A stretch of 46,947 bases of DNA from a virus. Its lineage: Duplodnaviria > Caudoviricetes. Below the pieces are notes generated by a model. It did not search any database. It was not told the DNA's origin and saw nothing but the letters and a program-made list of their open reading frames with translations. Each line of letters begins with the position of its first letter. Within the stretch, counting starts at the first letter, position 1. A program made the translations under genes and the position numbers. Location: the IMG/VR virus record IMGVR_UViG_3300046115_000130, positions 1-46,947 of that record, one strand, 5' to 3'. Positions 35,813 to 44,744 of the stretch are shown piece after piece.

Positions 35813-36867
35813 TGCTTTGCCCTTTCTTCTCTTTCTTCAGGATGGTCCAGGAAGTAGAAGAACTTCTCTACGAACTCTTCTGGATTCGATGCAACGACTG
35901 AATCAGGAAAAAGTCTTGCAAGTTCAGACCTGTTCGAATCGCTGATCTGAAAAACGCCAAGGGCGCCAGTCTCGAAGAATCGCGGATTGATGTGGCTCGC
36001 TGGAAGATCAAGGTCATTCCAGAATCCAGTTCCCCATTCCTTCGGTTCTTTTGAACAGAACTTGAATCCTTCCGGAAGAACAGTCCTTGCGTTTCTTCCA
36101 CTCATCACACGTCTTTTGTAGCAATCCTCGGTGATGCTAGGGGACCTGTGAACGTTGAGCCCAATCTTCGCTGAAGACAGGAGGGCTGGATACTTGTCAA
36201 GACCTATCCATCCTGGATGCTGCTTGTTGACAGTGTTCCAGTAGTAGATTCCAAGAGACGCCTTGCCATTCGTCGCTGATTCAAGATGCCTGAAGAACCA
36301 AGGACGAGGAACTAGGGAAGCATTTCCTAGGAATACGCCATCCGGTCCGTATCCTCTCTGATGCTTTCCAGGAGAAAATCTGTCTGTGTTTACCCCAGGA
36401 AGTAGGTAAAAAACGCTATCGTTTCCCCTCATACCCTTGTGCAACGGAATCGTGCAATGATCCATCGTGAAGACGTGAGTGTATCTTGGAGCATACAGCA
36501 TCGTCTCTCCAGTTTCATACGGCTCATCGCACAGATAGCAAGCGATCGGAACTCCTGCCTCTTGGATGTATTGGCTAATGTGGATTCCATATCTCCCATG
36601 GTGAACCCACACCAAGTCAGGTTTCCATTCTAGGATCTGCCTAGCGAATCCACGAGGAAGATCTCCCCAATTCCTAGCTGAGTAGATTGTGTTTCTTGAA
36701 AGTGGAATATTGTGAAGTGGAGTAATGTCCCATTCCCTCACTTCGCATCCAATCTTCTCGAATCCCCACTTCCAGCCATCAAGATAGTCGTCGCTGTAGA
36801 CGAGCCCTCCTTGTTGCGCAAGCGCAATTCTTGGTGGCCTTCCGCTAACGACTCTGCTCATAAGCAA
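35533..36867 (-). CDS. GT-B glycosyltransferase (CgeB/Glyco_trans_1_2-like)
   Basis: KPDLVWV, LPGVNTDRF, VFLGN, AKIGLNVH, INPRFFETGALGVFQISD, HTYKHR. Confidence 0.85.
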   Translation of the reverse strand: MLMSRVVSGRPPRIALAQQGGLVYSDDYLDGWKWGFEKIGCEVREWDITPLHNIPLSRNTIYSARNWGDLPRGFARQILEWKPDLVWVHHGRYGIHISQYIQEAGVPIACYLCDEPYETGETMLYAPRYTHVFTMDHCTIPLHKGMRGNDSVFYLLPGVNTDRFSPGKHQRGYGPDGVFLGNASLVPRPWFFRHLESATNGKASLGIYYWNTVNKQHPGWIGLDKYPALLSSAKIGLNVHRSPSITEDCYKRRVMSGRNARTVLPEGFKFCSKEPKEWGTGFWNDLDLPASHINPRFFETGALGVFQISDSNRSELARLFPDSVVASNPEEFVEKFFYFLDHPEEREERAKQCCDLILSRHTYKHRCAEILLRVGLWESIPESLSSSLGLQGDWTHTQSFQSSPETSSSEPTGHSNSATQPTSRLLTPTSGTTKPNGSQQVRRL

Positions 36868-37622
36868 CCTTCGAACTTGAATGGCGGTTCTACCTTATCG
36901 TAAGAGTATCCGTGAATGAAGTCCTTTCCATTGAATGGATGAGAGTATTCCTCCTCGACAAGTCTCACCCAATCCCTTTGATGTCTGTGGCTCCAGCATC
37001 GCGCCTTGGTTAGAAGTCGCTCCTTGGGTCCAATCCAAGAGAAGTGATGGATCAGTGGAAGGCTGTAGTCACTGCTAAATGCTCCCCCAGAAAACAACAT
37101 GATCCTTCCAAGAACTTCTCGCTCCAATCCTGGCGTCCTTAGCAATCCAGGGGTGAACGAAGTTGAACGAGCGATGATCGTATTCGCTTCTATCGCCCTT
37201 GCCCTATTGGTTGAATCCCTGAAATACCAATATTGAGTAAGGCCGCCGCCATTGAACTTTCCAGGTCCACCACAATGCCACCATTGCCCAAAACTTTCTG
37301 TGTCGATAATCTCATCAAGGTCTAGAAACAATACGAATCTATCATCGCTTTTTTTGCAAAGAGCCAATTCTGCACCAAGTGCCCTCTGCTCATTTCCAGG
37401 AATCACTCCAACTGGAACTGCATTATAGTGAGCGGTTGCCCAACAAACTTTTGGATTAGAAAAGTCTTTGGCGAATTTAGACAGGTCCTCTTCTTCCCCG
37501 TTCCACTTTCTATCCATGGCAACGACGAATATCTCATCGCAGAACTTAGCGGCCTGCTCAACGCACACATTCAGAAACATGTGATCGTGTGAAGAATAGT
37601 TGATGACTGCAGAAAGTTTCAT
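36858..37622 (-). CDS. GT-A glycosyltransferase-like protein
   Basis: FCDEIFVV, VLFLDLDEII (DxD), IHHFSW. Confidence 0.75.
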   Translation of the reverse strand: MKLSAVINYSSHDHMFLNVCVEQAAKFCDEIFVVAMDRKWNGEEEDLSKFAKDFSNPKVCWATAHYNAVPVGVIPGNEQRALGAELALCKKSDDRFVLFLDLDEIIDTESFGQWWHCGGPGKFNGGGLTQYWYFRDSTNRARAIEANTIIARSTSFTPGLLRTPGLEREVLGRIMLFSGGAFSSDYSLPLIHHFSWIGPKERLLTKARCWSHRHQRDWVRLVEEEYSHPFNGKDFIHGYSYDKVEPPFKFEGCL

Positions 37623-38176
37623 TTCAACTTCCTAACTCCAATCTGCCAGCCACGAAGAAGCTCTTCGTATCTTCCACCGTAGCAAGTGAGGAAGGCATCA
37701 ATCGCCATCTTCGGCCCAGGTCCCCAGCCGTAGTCATCCCAAAGAAGAATCCCTCCAGTCTTCAGTAGGTGCCAAGCAAGAACCGAGTCTTCCAAGACGT
37801 TATGGCATTCGTGAGATCCATCGACATAGATGAAGTCAAACTGGAACTGAACGTCAATCCTTCTTAGCTCAATCCTGGACTCTCCATGCCTTACGAATAC
37901 TCTTCCTCTAAACTCATCTACATTGTGAAGGAACCTTGATTTTTGTCCCCCAACCTGAGGAATCTCTGGAGATCCAAAAAACGTGTCAACTACAGTGACA
38001 ATGCACTTTGGATTCTGCTCAAGTAGCCATCTCGTGGTCTGTCCTTCCCAGCATCCTATTTCGAGATAGTCAACTTCCTTCCCACTATGCTCCGCAAGTA
38101 GCTTTGCCATGCTTGGCCACTGCTGCTCCGAGTAGTTCGTGTTCGGTGTGTAAACAGGAACTGTCATTGGCTCCAC
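37619..38176 (-). CDS. Class I SAM-dependent methyltransferase (Methyltransf_24-like)
   Basis: YLEIGCWEG, VDTF, FDFIYVDGSH, LKTGGILLWDDY. Confidence 0.9.
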   Translation of the reverse strand: MEPMTVPVYTPNTNYSEQQWPSMAKLLAEHSGKEVDYLEIGCWEGQTTRWLLEQNPKCIVTVVDTFFGSPEIPQVGGQKSRFLHNVDEFRGRVFVRHGESRIELRRIDVQFQFDFIYVDGSHECHNVLEDSVLAWHLLKTGGILLWDDYGWGPGPKMAIDAFLTCYGGRYEELLRGWQIGVRKLK

Positions 38177-38721
38177 CGAAGTTTGTTGTAGTAGACGTTG
38201 AAGTCATCAAGCATTATTTCACTGCCATGCTTCATAAATATATCATTTATCCAGTGGCCATCTGCAGTTTCTTTACCAAGAACGAACCTGTCATTGCCTA
38301 TGATACTTCTATGGAACACTGCTTGGCAAATGTCAACTTGCCCTGGAATGACAGAGGCAACCATGAACCTGTTTTCCCACTGCTGCCCGAAAATCACTCC
38401 CTTGAATCCATCAATCATTCTATGAAGAAGTTTGTCCCAAAACCCTTCACGAATCAGGTTGTCATCGTCCAACCAAGCAACGAGTCCATCCGTAATCCAT
38501 TCAAGAGCCATGTTTCTTGCTGGATAACCCCACCCTCCATCATGTTCGTAGACCCTGCTGTCTACTTTCACGACACTTGAAGATGGGGAATTTGACGGGC
38601 TCGAATGTTTGATGTTGTGCCAAATCTGCCACGTAACTTCGAACAACGTCGTCTCAATTCCAGGAAGCATAAGCTTCAAGTTCTCTGGCCTGGAACATGG
38701 GGTGACAACGGTGACTAGCAC
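38164..38721 (-). CDS. GT2 glycosyltransferase
   Basis: VTVVTPCSRPENL, RNMALE, VAWLDDDN, ADGHW. Confidence 0.85.
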   Translation of the reverse strand: MLVTVVTPCSRPENLKLMLPGIETTLFEVTWQIWHNIKHSSPSNSPSSSVVKVDSRVYEHDGGWGYPARNMALEWITDGLVAWLDDDNLIREGFWDKLLHRMIDGFKGVIFGQQWENRFMVASVIPGQVDICQAVFHRSIIGNDRFVLGKETADGHWINDIFMKHGSEIMLDDFNVYYNKLRWSQ

Positions 38722-39431
38722 TTGTCCACCAAGACTGCTGGAGGAGTCGATCGAGCCAGGGCTACATGCTCAAGCCTCGTGGGCATGGCTGCAAGATTGC
38801 GCCCCCAGGAAGCTCCACCGGCTGGGTGGGAGTCACCGCCGTGACGGTGGCGCAAGTTGGTGGCGATGAAGGTCCGGAAGCCGTGCTTCCGCCAACGCTC
38901 GCTCCACTCGTCATCGCTGCGAATGTGGATGTTGTCCTGGTTCGATTCATCGAGCAGTCCAACCAATGGAAAATTGCTACTGTTGAAAAACCAGAAATGC
39001 CCCTGAACCTTCTGCCACGTCTCCTGGAAAAGTTCCTGACCTATCGTGTTGTCAGGACAGCCAATCAGCCCACACTTGTGATTGCTGTTGTGGATGTGAA
39101 TTAGCTTCTCAAGCCACTCGTTGTCCAGTATTTGGACATCGCTGTTGACTACGAGAACCCATTCGCTCTGGATATACTTTAAGCATCTGTTCACAGACGT
39201 TGTGAACCAGCACTGATGCTCTGATCTGGCGAGAAGAATTGGAGCGCTACAGTGTTCCGCAAATGTTCTTACCAGTGTGGCATTCTCATCATCGCTTGCA
39301 TCATCATGGATAACTAAACGAATCTTCGCACTTGTGTTGATATATAGAGAGTTAATGCACTTGAGAACATAGTCAAATGCATTGTGCATGGGAATGCACA
39401 CGTCTACCAATGTGTCAGTCACGGAGTCCAC
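38715..39431 (-). CDS. GT2 glycosyltransferase
   Basis: VCIPMHN, IHDDASDD, VNRCL, VVNSDV, SDDEWSER, HGG. Confidence 0.9.
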   Translation of the reverse strand: MDSVTDTLVDVCIPMHNAFDYVLKCINSLYINTSAKIRLVIHDDASDDENATLVRTFAEHCSAPILLARSEHQCWFTTSVNRCLKYIQSEWVLVVNSDVQILDNEWLEKLIHIHNSNHKCGLIGCPDNTIGQELFQETWQKVQGHFWFFNSSNFPLVGLLDESNQDNIHIRSDDEWSERWRKHGFRTFIATNLRHRHGGDSHPAGGASWGRNLAAMPTRLEHVALARSTPPAVLVDKC

Positions 39432-40263
39432 CTCTCCAGTGCGCCCAGATGTCCGTGACTCGGCAGTGCGCAGGATTCACCTTCGCGATCCTGTAATGAG
39501 GGAATCCAGAATAACTCACCCAGCTTTCTGCGATTCCTTCGCAGTAGATACAGAAAACAGGAACTCTAAGTCCTGCAGCAATGTGCGTGATTCCGTTGTC
39601 TACCCCTGCGTAGATCCCTCCATTCTGGCACGCATCATAAATGAATCGAACTGCCTGCTCTAGCGGAAGCCTATGCACCTGAATCGGAATTGGAGGGTGC
39701 GGATCATCTGGGCCGAGAAGAATAACTGCGCGATTCACCCTTCCTTCTTTGCGGAACATCTCATACAGGCGAAACCACGTCGTCCATGGAGCGACCTTGT
39801 TCCCTGAAAAGCCATCGCCCTTCTTGTCATTGCTAGCAGAGTTCGGAGAAATGACCATGGTGTCAGGTTCCGGAACCAGCCATCCAATTCCACTATCCGG
39901 AACCTTGACTTTAGGAAGAATGTCGTGTGGAGCAATCGATACTCCAACCATGTCAGCATACGCCTGAGATATGTGACAATTCTTCTTGTGTCCAATCTCG
40001 AATGCTTCGTTGCACGACATGACGTAATGCGTCACGTTCGAACCAAAATGTGTTCCCTTGCGAAGACTTTCCCAATCTGGAGTTGCTAAAACTTCATCAC
40101 ACACGTCACCACTAAGTCCAAGCATATAGCTCATCATCGGCGACTCTTGCATCACCCACGTGACGTGCTTTCCTTGATTCCTACGCTTAAACTCACGGAT
40201 GGCTGGAGACTGTGTGATTGTGTCTCCAATAAGATTCACGCTACAGAACGCAACTCGATTCAT
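39415..40263 (-). CDS. GT9 (heptosyltransferase-like) glycosyltransferase
   Basis: IGDTITQSPAIREFK; YAGVDNGITHIAAGLRVPVFCIY. Confidence 0.85.
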   Translation of the reverse strand: MNRVAFCSVNLIGDTITQSPAIREFKRRNQGKHVTWVMQESPMMSYMLGLSGDVCDEVLATPDWESLRKGTHFGSNVTHYVMSCNEAFEIGHKKNCHISQAYADMVGVSIAPHDILPKVKVPDSGIGWLVPEPDTMVISPNSASNDKKGDGFSGNKVAPWTTWFRLYEMFRKEGRVNRAVILLGPDDPHPPIPIQVHRLPLEQAVRFIYDACQNGGIYAGVDNGITHIAAGLRVPVFCIYCEGIAESWVSYSGFPHYRIAKVNPAHCRVTDIWAHWRGGLRD

Positions 40264-40484
40264 CTTGGAAGATCCTCAACATCCATTCCAAGATTCTCTG
40301 CATGGAGCTTCACTGCCGCACGCTTCTCCTTTTCTCCGACTTCTCTGATGTAGTCTCGCTGGCAAGCCGACGAACAGAACAGAACGCAAGAACCATCAGC
40401 TAGCCGAGGAAGAACCTTCGCTTGCCCGCGAGTGATCCTTGTAGCCTTGTGGCATCGCAAGCACGGAACGCTGGCAACGTTCAT
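40260..40484 (-). CDS. Small zinc-finger protein (TRASH/MYM-like)
   Basis: CLRC...FCSSAC. Confidence 0.7.
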   Translation of the reverse strand: MNVASVPCLRCHKATRITRGQAKVLPRLADGSCVLFCSSACQRDYIREVGEKEKRAAVKLHAENLGMDVEDLPR

Positions 40485-40485
40485 G

Positions 40486-40866
40486 TCAGTAGGGCAGACG
40501 CGGCTTGCGCGGCTGGGTGGGATTCACTGGAACGGGGCCGGGCGCTGGATTGCTCGGCCTGGGCATCTCGCGCGCTGCCTCGCTGCTACGTTGCGGCCGG
40601 ATCCTGGTGGCGTCGTGGCCCTGGGTGGCTTCGATCTCCTCCGCGGTCCTGGCGGGAAAGTTGTAGTTGAGCGGCCCGGCGACCCTGGTTCCGGTGGCTG
40701 CTTCAATGTGCGCGGTGAGAAGCTTGTCGATTCCGAACATGCACGCGCACCAGCGATTCTCGTCAGGGATGATCTGTCGGATGAGATCCTGAATCTGGAC
40801 AGTTATCCGCCTCGCTTCCAGATGGATCCCTGATTCGGAGAATTGTTCCCAACGTCTTGCGACCAT
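40486..40866 (-). CDS. Hypothetical protein
   Basis: Overlaps the TerL end; operon context. Confidence 0.6.
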   Translation of the reverse strand: MVARRWEQFSESGIHLEARRITVQIQDLIRQIIPDENRWCACMFGIDKLLTAHIEAATGTRVAGPLNYNFPARTAEEIEATQGHDATRIRPQRSSEAAREMPRPSNPAPGPVPVNPTQPRKPRLPY

Positions 40867-42428
40867 ATGTCATCCTTTTCTCGCGTGTGATGTTTAACCA
40901 TCTCGCGCCAATCGACTTCGCGAGTGGAATTATACTGTCCGTCAACGACGGAAGGTTTCCATTGCCTAGCACCAATGATACGAGCAGGGTTGAATCCGAC
41001 AGGCGGCGATGGAACATAGAAGCCACCTTCCTCACGATGCTTGTCGAGATCCGAGAGTGCGTCAGGAATGTCGTCATGTTGTGAAAACGGGAATTCGCAG
41101 AACTCGCGAACCATGGTGTCCCAAAGGTCAGGATCGAACAGTCGGATCTTGTCCGACCAATACAACCTTCCACCGTCAGCGAATCGTGGTTGTAGCGCCT
41201 GGATTCTCTGAACCTTGGTTTCCTGTGATCTTCCGCCAATCTCGATGATGACTGGCCTGATCCCGAACTGCTCAGCCAGCCTACGAAGAGAAGCCTTCCC
41301 CCATTCGGAGTGGCTTGTCTTCTCCATCGTCATTCCTTTAACGAAGTATGGCTGCCATTTTTGGTAAAGGAGGAGAGCTTGCGTGATTGCTTCGTCAGGC
41401 AACCAACGGCCAATCCTAACCTCACGGATGAAAGCGTCACGATGAGGATTAAGAGAAACAACAAACAAAGCCGTTCTGTCGTTTCGCTTGTTCTCACCAG
41501 AAGCAAAATCAGTAAGAATGCAAGTGTAACAATTTCTAGGAATCTCGTGATCGCCGATAACATGGAACTGATCCTGCCTAAAGAGGGCGGTTTCGTCGGA
41601 CTGGGGGGCGTTTAGGTAGAACGCGCTCCACAACTTTACTCCAAGTAGCGCTTTCTGCGCTTGAACGTATTCCTCAGACAATCTCTGTGGGAAAAGTAGA
41701 GTTCCATCCACGTTCTTGTAACTGTGGACGATGCAATGAAACTGCGCGCGGATTGCCTTGTCGGTCAGAATCTTCCCGTGCTGATCGTGGAAGTGGTGCC
41801 GTGTGCCTGGCTGCAGCCACATGGCGCCAGGATCCAACTGAGCCAGTGTCTCGCCGACCCAGTTCGCTGTGCCCTGGATTGCTTCCGGAGTCTTGGTGTT
41901 TTCCTGCGAAACGAAGTCATCCCCGATCACTAGATCATAGTGCATTCCAGTTCGCACTTGATCCGTCCCGGTCGCGGTTACCGTCGGTTCCTTGAGTTGC
42001 GCCGTTCTTTGCGCGCTCGTGAACTCATGATCGCTGAATCCAACTTGCTTGTCATGTCTTCCGAAGACTTCGATGTGCTTCGCGCTTTCAAGAAGTTGGC
42101 GAGACAGGCGAGTGAACGTGACAGCCTGCTTGAAAGTTTCCGAGGCAACAAGAATTCGAATGTTCGGATTCCTGACGATGAGCCAGCACGAAAGACCTAC
42201 GTTAAACACATGGCTTTTGAAAGATCCACGTGGAAGCAGTAGTAGAACCTTCCTTTTGCCACGGAGAAGGTTATTGAGAACTTCCTTAGCAACTCTTCCG
42301 TGAAGCTCGTCTGTCGCATCAGGCGCAGCCCCGAAGTCCCGAACGTAGTCAAGGAATCCATCTTCGGTGAGGTAATACTTCCTCTCAAGATCAAGCCGGT
42401 GTTGTCTCAGTTGTTCCGGCGTCGCCAC
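40803..42428 (-). CDS. terL: Terminase large subunit
   Basis: LPRGSFKS Walker A, HYDLVIGDD Walker B, GTRHH, nuclease TDFAS and HDDIPDALS. Confidence 0.95.
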   Translation of the reverse strand: MATPEQLRQHRLDLERKYYLTEDGFLDYVRDFGAAPDATDELHGRVAKEVLNNLLRGKRKVLLLLPRGSFKSHVFNVGLSCWLIVRNPNIRILVASETFKQAVTFTRLSRQLLESAKHIEVFGRHDKQVGFSDHEFTSAQRTAQLKEPTVTATGTDQVRTGMHYDLVIGDDFVSQENTKTPEAIQGTANWVGETLAQLDPGAMWLQPGTRHHFHDQHGKILTDKAIRAQFHCIVHSYKNVDGTLLFPQRLSEEYVQAQKALLGVKLWSAFYLNAPQSDETALFRQDQFHVIGDHEIPRNCYTCILTDFASGENKRNDRTALFVVSLNPHRDAFIREVRIGRWLPDEAITQALLLYQKWQPYFVKGMTMEKTSHSEWGKASLRRLAEQFGIRPVIIEIGGRSQETKVQRIQALQPRFADGGRLYWSDKIRLFDPDLWDTMVREFCEFPFSQHDDIPDALSDLDKHREEGGFYVPSPPVGFNPARIIGARQWKPSVVDGQYNSTREVDWREMVKHHTREKDDIWSQDVGNNSPNQGSIWKRGG

Positions 42429-43074
42429 TTTCCACCCTGCCCTTCAGCTTCTTTTGTAGCTCGACAATCCGATGCGCTTCCTTCTCTACCTCTTCCTGTG
42501 CTCCTTCTGTGAGCGAATGTTCCACCTTGACTGGTGCGCGATACACAACGCCAAGCTGCTGCATTGTGTTGATGTATTTGAACAGGATGTCCGCAGCCAC
42601 CTTCGGTCCACCCTTCTCCTCCTGAAGTGCTCGATGGTAGAGATCTTCCACGCGCAGGGTGAGCATTCCGACGAAGGATTCAAACCGAACCTGGAGAACG
42701 TCTTCCCCGATGAGTTGTGCGTATCGGTTGTAGACTCGGATGACTTCTTCCACGGGAAGCCAGAATCTACTCGCAACGCTGTGCGCCGCTGATCCCTCGT
42801 GGATCAAATGCAGAATCACCGCATGTTGCTGCGCGGGAATCAGATTCCGGAAGAATTCTGGCTCGTCGCCCCCTTCCTTGATCTGGGAAAGGATTGCGCG
42901 CCCAACCTCTTCGCGAGGCAGGCGCATGATCTCCAGGGGGCTCTTGGTCTTGCCAAGGTAGCCACCGTCCAGGAGCGCGACTGCTAGCTCTTCAAGGCTT
43001 TTGGCCCCGATCTGCGTCGCAGCCTTCTGCAGTCGGGACTTGAGCCCTGGGTCCAGAATCAGATTGTTCGCCAT
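42391..43074 (-). CDS. Probable terminase small subunit
   Basis: Immediately upstream of TerL; HTH-like segment; C-terminal KVEHS. Confidence 0.55.
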   Translation of the reverse strand: MANNLILDPGLKSRLQKAATQIGAKSLEELAVALLDGGYLGKTKSPLEIMRLPREEVGRAILSQIKEGGDEPEFFRNLIPAQQHAVILHLIHEGSAAHSVASRFWLPVEEVIRVYNRYAQLIGEDVLQVRFESFVGMLTLRVEDLYHRALQEEKGGPKVAADILFKYINTMQQLGVVYRAPVKVEHSLTEGAQEEVEKEAHRIVELQKKLKGRVESGDAGTTETTPA

Positions 43075-43213
43075 GTGGATCGGTTCTCTGGAAGAGCGCG
43101 TTTCCCTTCATGTCGTAGCACGTTGTCACCTTTCCAAACATTGGATTTTCCACAACTTGGATGATGACTTGTTCCACGCTGGGTGGGTGGATGATGGCTT
43201 GCCGTTGCGTCAT
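42992..43213 (-). CDS. Hypothetical protein
   Basis: ATGA overlap with the upstream gene. Confidence 0.5.
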   Translation of the reverse strand: MTQRQAIIHPPSVEQVIIQVVENPMFGKVTTCYDMKGNALFQRTDPHGEQSDSGPRAQVPTAEGCDADRGQKP

Positions 43214-43554
43214 GGCTGATCCACGATCTTCTGTCGCTTCATATGATCCTCGTATTGCTTCTCGGCGAAGATTGCAGCCTCGCTGTCTACAGGATCTTTG
43301 GTAAGCTCTGCGATCCTACGAAGAGCAATCGAGCTAACTTTCAACTGAATCCCCATGTTTGAATTGACAAGCCAGTGTATTGAATCCACCGTCTTGATTG
43401 ATCTTACTGTTCCAATCAATTGAATCAATTGCGCGCAGATGAGGACTGCGAAACCGATGACCTGGGTGGCGTTGCTTCCGGAGAAAGCTACAGCAACAAC
43501 GGTTGCTACGGCTAGAAAGCAGACTGCCAGGATCGAGATGGTTTGCTGGCTCAT
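43210..43554 (-). CDS. Two-TM membrane protein, holin-like
   Basis: Two hydrophobic segments then IHWLVNSNM; ATG 43554 overlaps the upstream TGA. Confidence 0.6.
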   Translation of the reverse strand: MSQQTISILAVCFLAVATVVAVAFSGSNATQVIGFAVLICAQLIQLIGTVRSIKTVDSIHWLVNSNMGIQLKVSSIALRRIAELTKDPVDSEAAIFAEKQYEDHMKRQKIVDQP

Positions 43555-43655
43555 CCTATTGCTCTCCCAACCGCCCACGCTGTGATGACGGCAACTATCG
43601 CCATCAAAATCGACAATCGTTCCATTTCCGTTAGCTTACGGTGATGAAACTTCAT
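43551..43655 (-). CDS. Single-TM miniprotein (34 aa, MKFHHRKLTEMERLSILMAIVAVITAWAVGRAIG)
   Basis: Read by hand; ATGA overlaps on both sides. Confidence 0.6.
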   Translation of the reverse strand: MKFHHRKLTEMERLSILMAIVAVITAWAVGRAIG

Positions 43656-44077
43656 GCCGTTTCTCGGCCTTCCTCTTTCTCAACCGAAACGTCCACCTTC
43701 AGTGTGCGAGAAGTCTTGGGTTCCGCAAGCATTCGCTTCTTCTCCGTGAGCGAAACCTTGACTTTCTCCTCCGCTTCCACAACGAAAAGCCTTCGGATTT
43801 CCGCGATGATGATGGTTTGTCCTGCGAAATCCTTCAACGTTTCTGCACGCAAGTAGCCCTTCGCCTCTTCCACGTTGTGGAACTGCAGCGCCACGCTGTC
43901 CCCCGCCTCATCCGTCCGGGCCAGTGGTTCCAGGGAGCCATCGTCCGGCCGTTTCCGGTAGATGAACACATCCCCGTCGGGGAAGAGCTTGTAGCGCCGG
44001 CCGCGGGCGCCGGGTGGGAGGACGCTTGATCTTGCTTTCACCCAGGCGACCCTACCAATTTCGCGATCCTTTGCCAA
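43652..44077 (-). CDS. Hypothetical protein
   Basis: ORF track; start uncertain. Confidence 0.7.
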   Translation of the reverse strand: MAKDREIGRVAWVKARSSVLPPGARGRRYKLFPDGDVFIYRKRPDDGSLEPLARTDEAGDSVALQFHNVEEAKGYLRAETLKDFAGQTIIIAEIRRLFVVEAEEKVKVSLTEKKRMLAEPKTSRTLKVDVSVEKEEGRETA

Positions 44078-44640
44078 TCGAAGACCGCAAAAAACTCAGA
44101 TTCCGGAATCGTGGGTGGCAAAACCTTCGGCCACAGGGTGGGGTGAGGCTGCTTCGCAAGTTCGAAGTAGCGCAAAAGGATCGCATCTCGCAGCGCGGAA
44201 CCTTGCGGATAGGCGAACGCGCCAGGATGCCCCAGGATCGATCCGGATGGGGGGGTGCCGTCTCCTGAGCCGTTCGAAGGCGCGATCGTGGCGGGGCGGG
44301 CCGGTTCCTGAAGCCCTGGGTCAAGCCTGTCGGGGAGTCCCAACCAGGAATCCCAGGTTGCTGGAATCACCATCCCGGGCATGTCGAACAGATTCACAAG
44401 CTCCAGGCGCTTCGTTTTGCCGCGCGCAACCGACTTTCCGCTCAAGCCATCAGGGTTCGCACGCACCAAGCGCCACTGGGTTGGATCGGAAAGGCTCCAC
44501 ACGAAGTGCCAGCGGCGCACAAAGAACGCACCGAACACGTGGCGCAGATTCGTCAGGGCTTTCGCCAGCGGGGAACGGCTCCAGTGCTCCGGGCTGGAAT
44601 GCCAGCGGCGGATGTCGTGGGAGACGAAGGTATTTTCCAT
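44038..44640 (-). CDS. Hypothetical protein (first gene of the late unit)
   Basis: ATG 44640 (MENTFVSH...); no recognisable motif. Confidence 0.5.
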   Translation of the reverse strand: MENTFVSHDIRRWHSSPEHWSRSPLAKALTNLRHVFGAFFVRRWHFVWSLSDPTQWRLVRANPDGLSGKSVARGKTKRLELVNLFDMPGMVIPATWDSWLGLPDRLDPGLQEPARPATIAPSNGSGDGTPPSGSILGHPGAFAYPQGSALRDAILLRYFELAKQPHPTLWPKVLPPTIPESEFFAVFDWQRIAKLVGSPG

Positions 44641-44744
44641 GAAGGAAGTATTCACGTGTTTATGGAAAATGCAATGGGAGATCCCTCTACTGATCACTCT
44701 CACCGTATGCGTTTGTGTGCGCGCGATGTGCCCGCGCTGGGTGC

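Noticed and set aside
37619-38176. DNA methyltransferase interpretation
   Set aside because: Lacks DPPY/NPPY or PC motifs; the DGSH/DDY pattern and GT neighbours indicate a glycan or small-molecule methyltransferase
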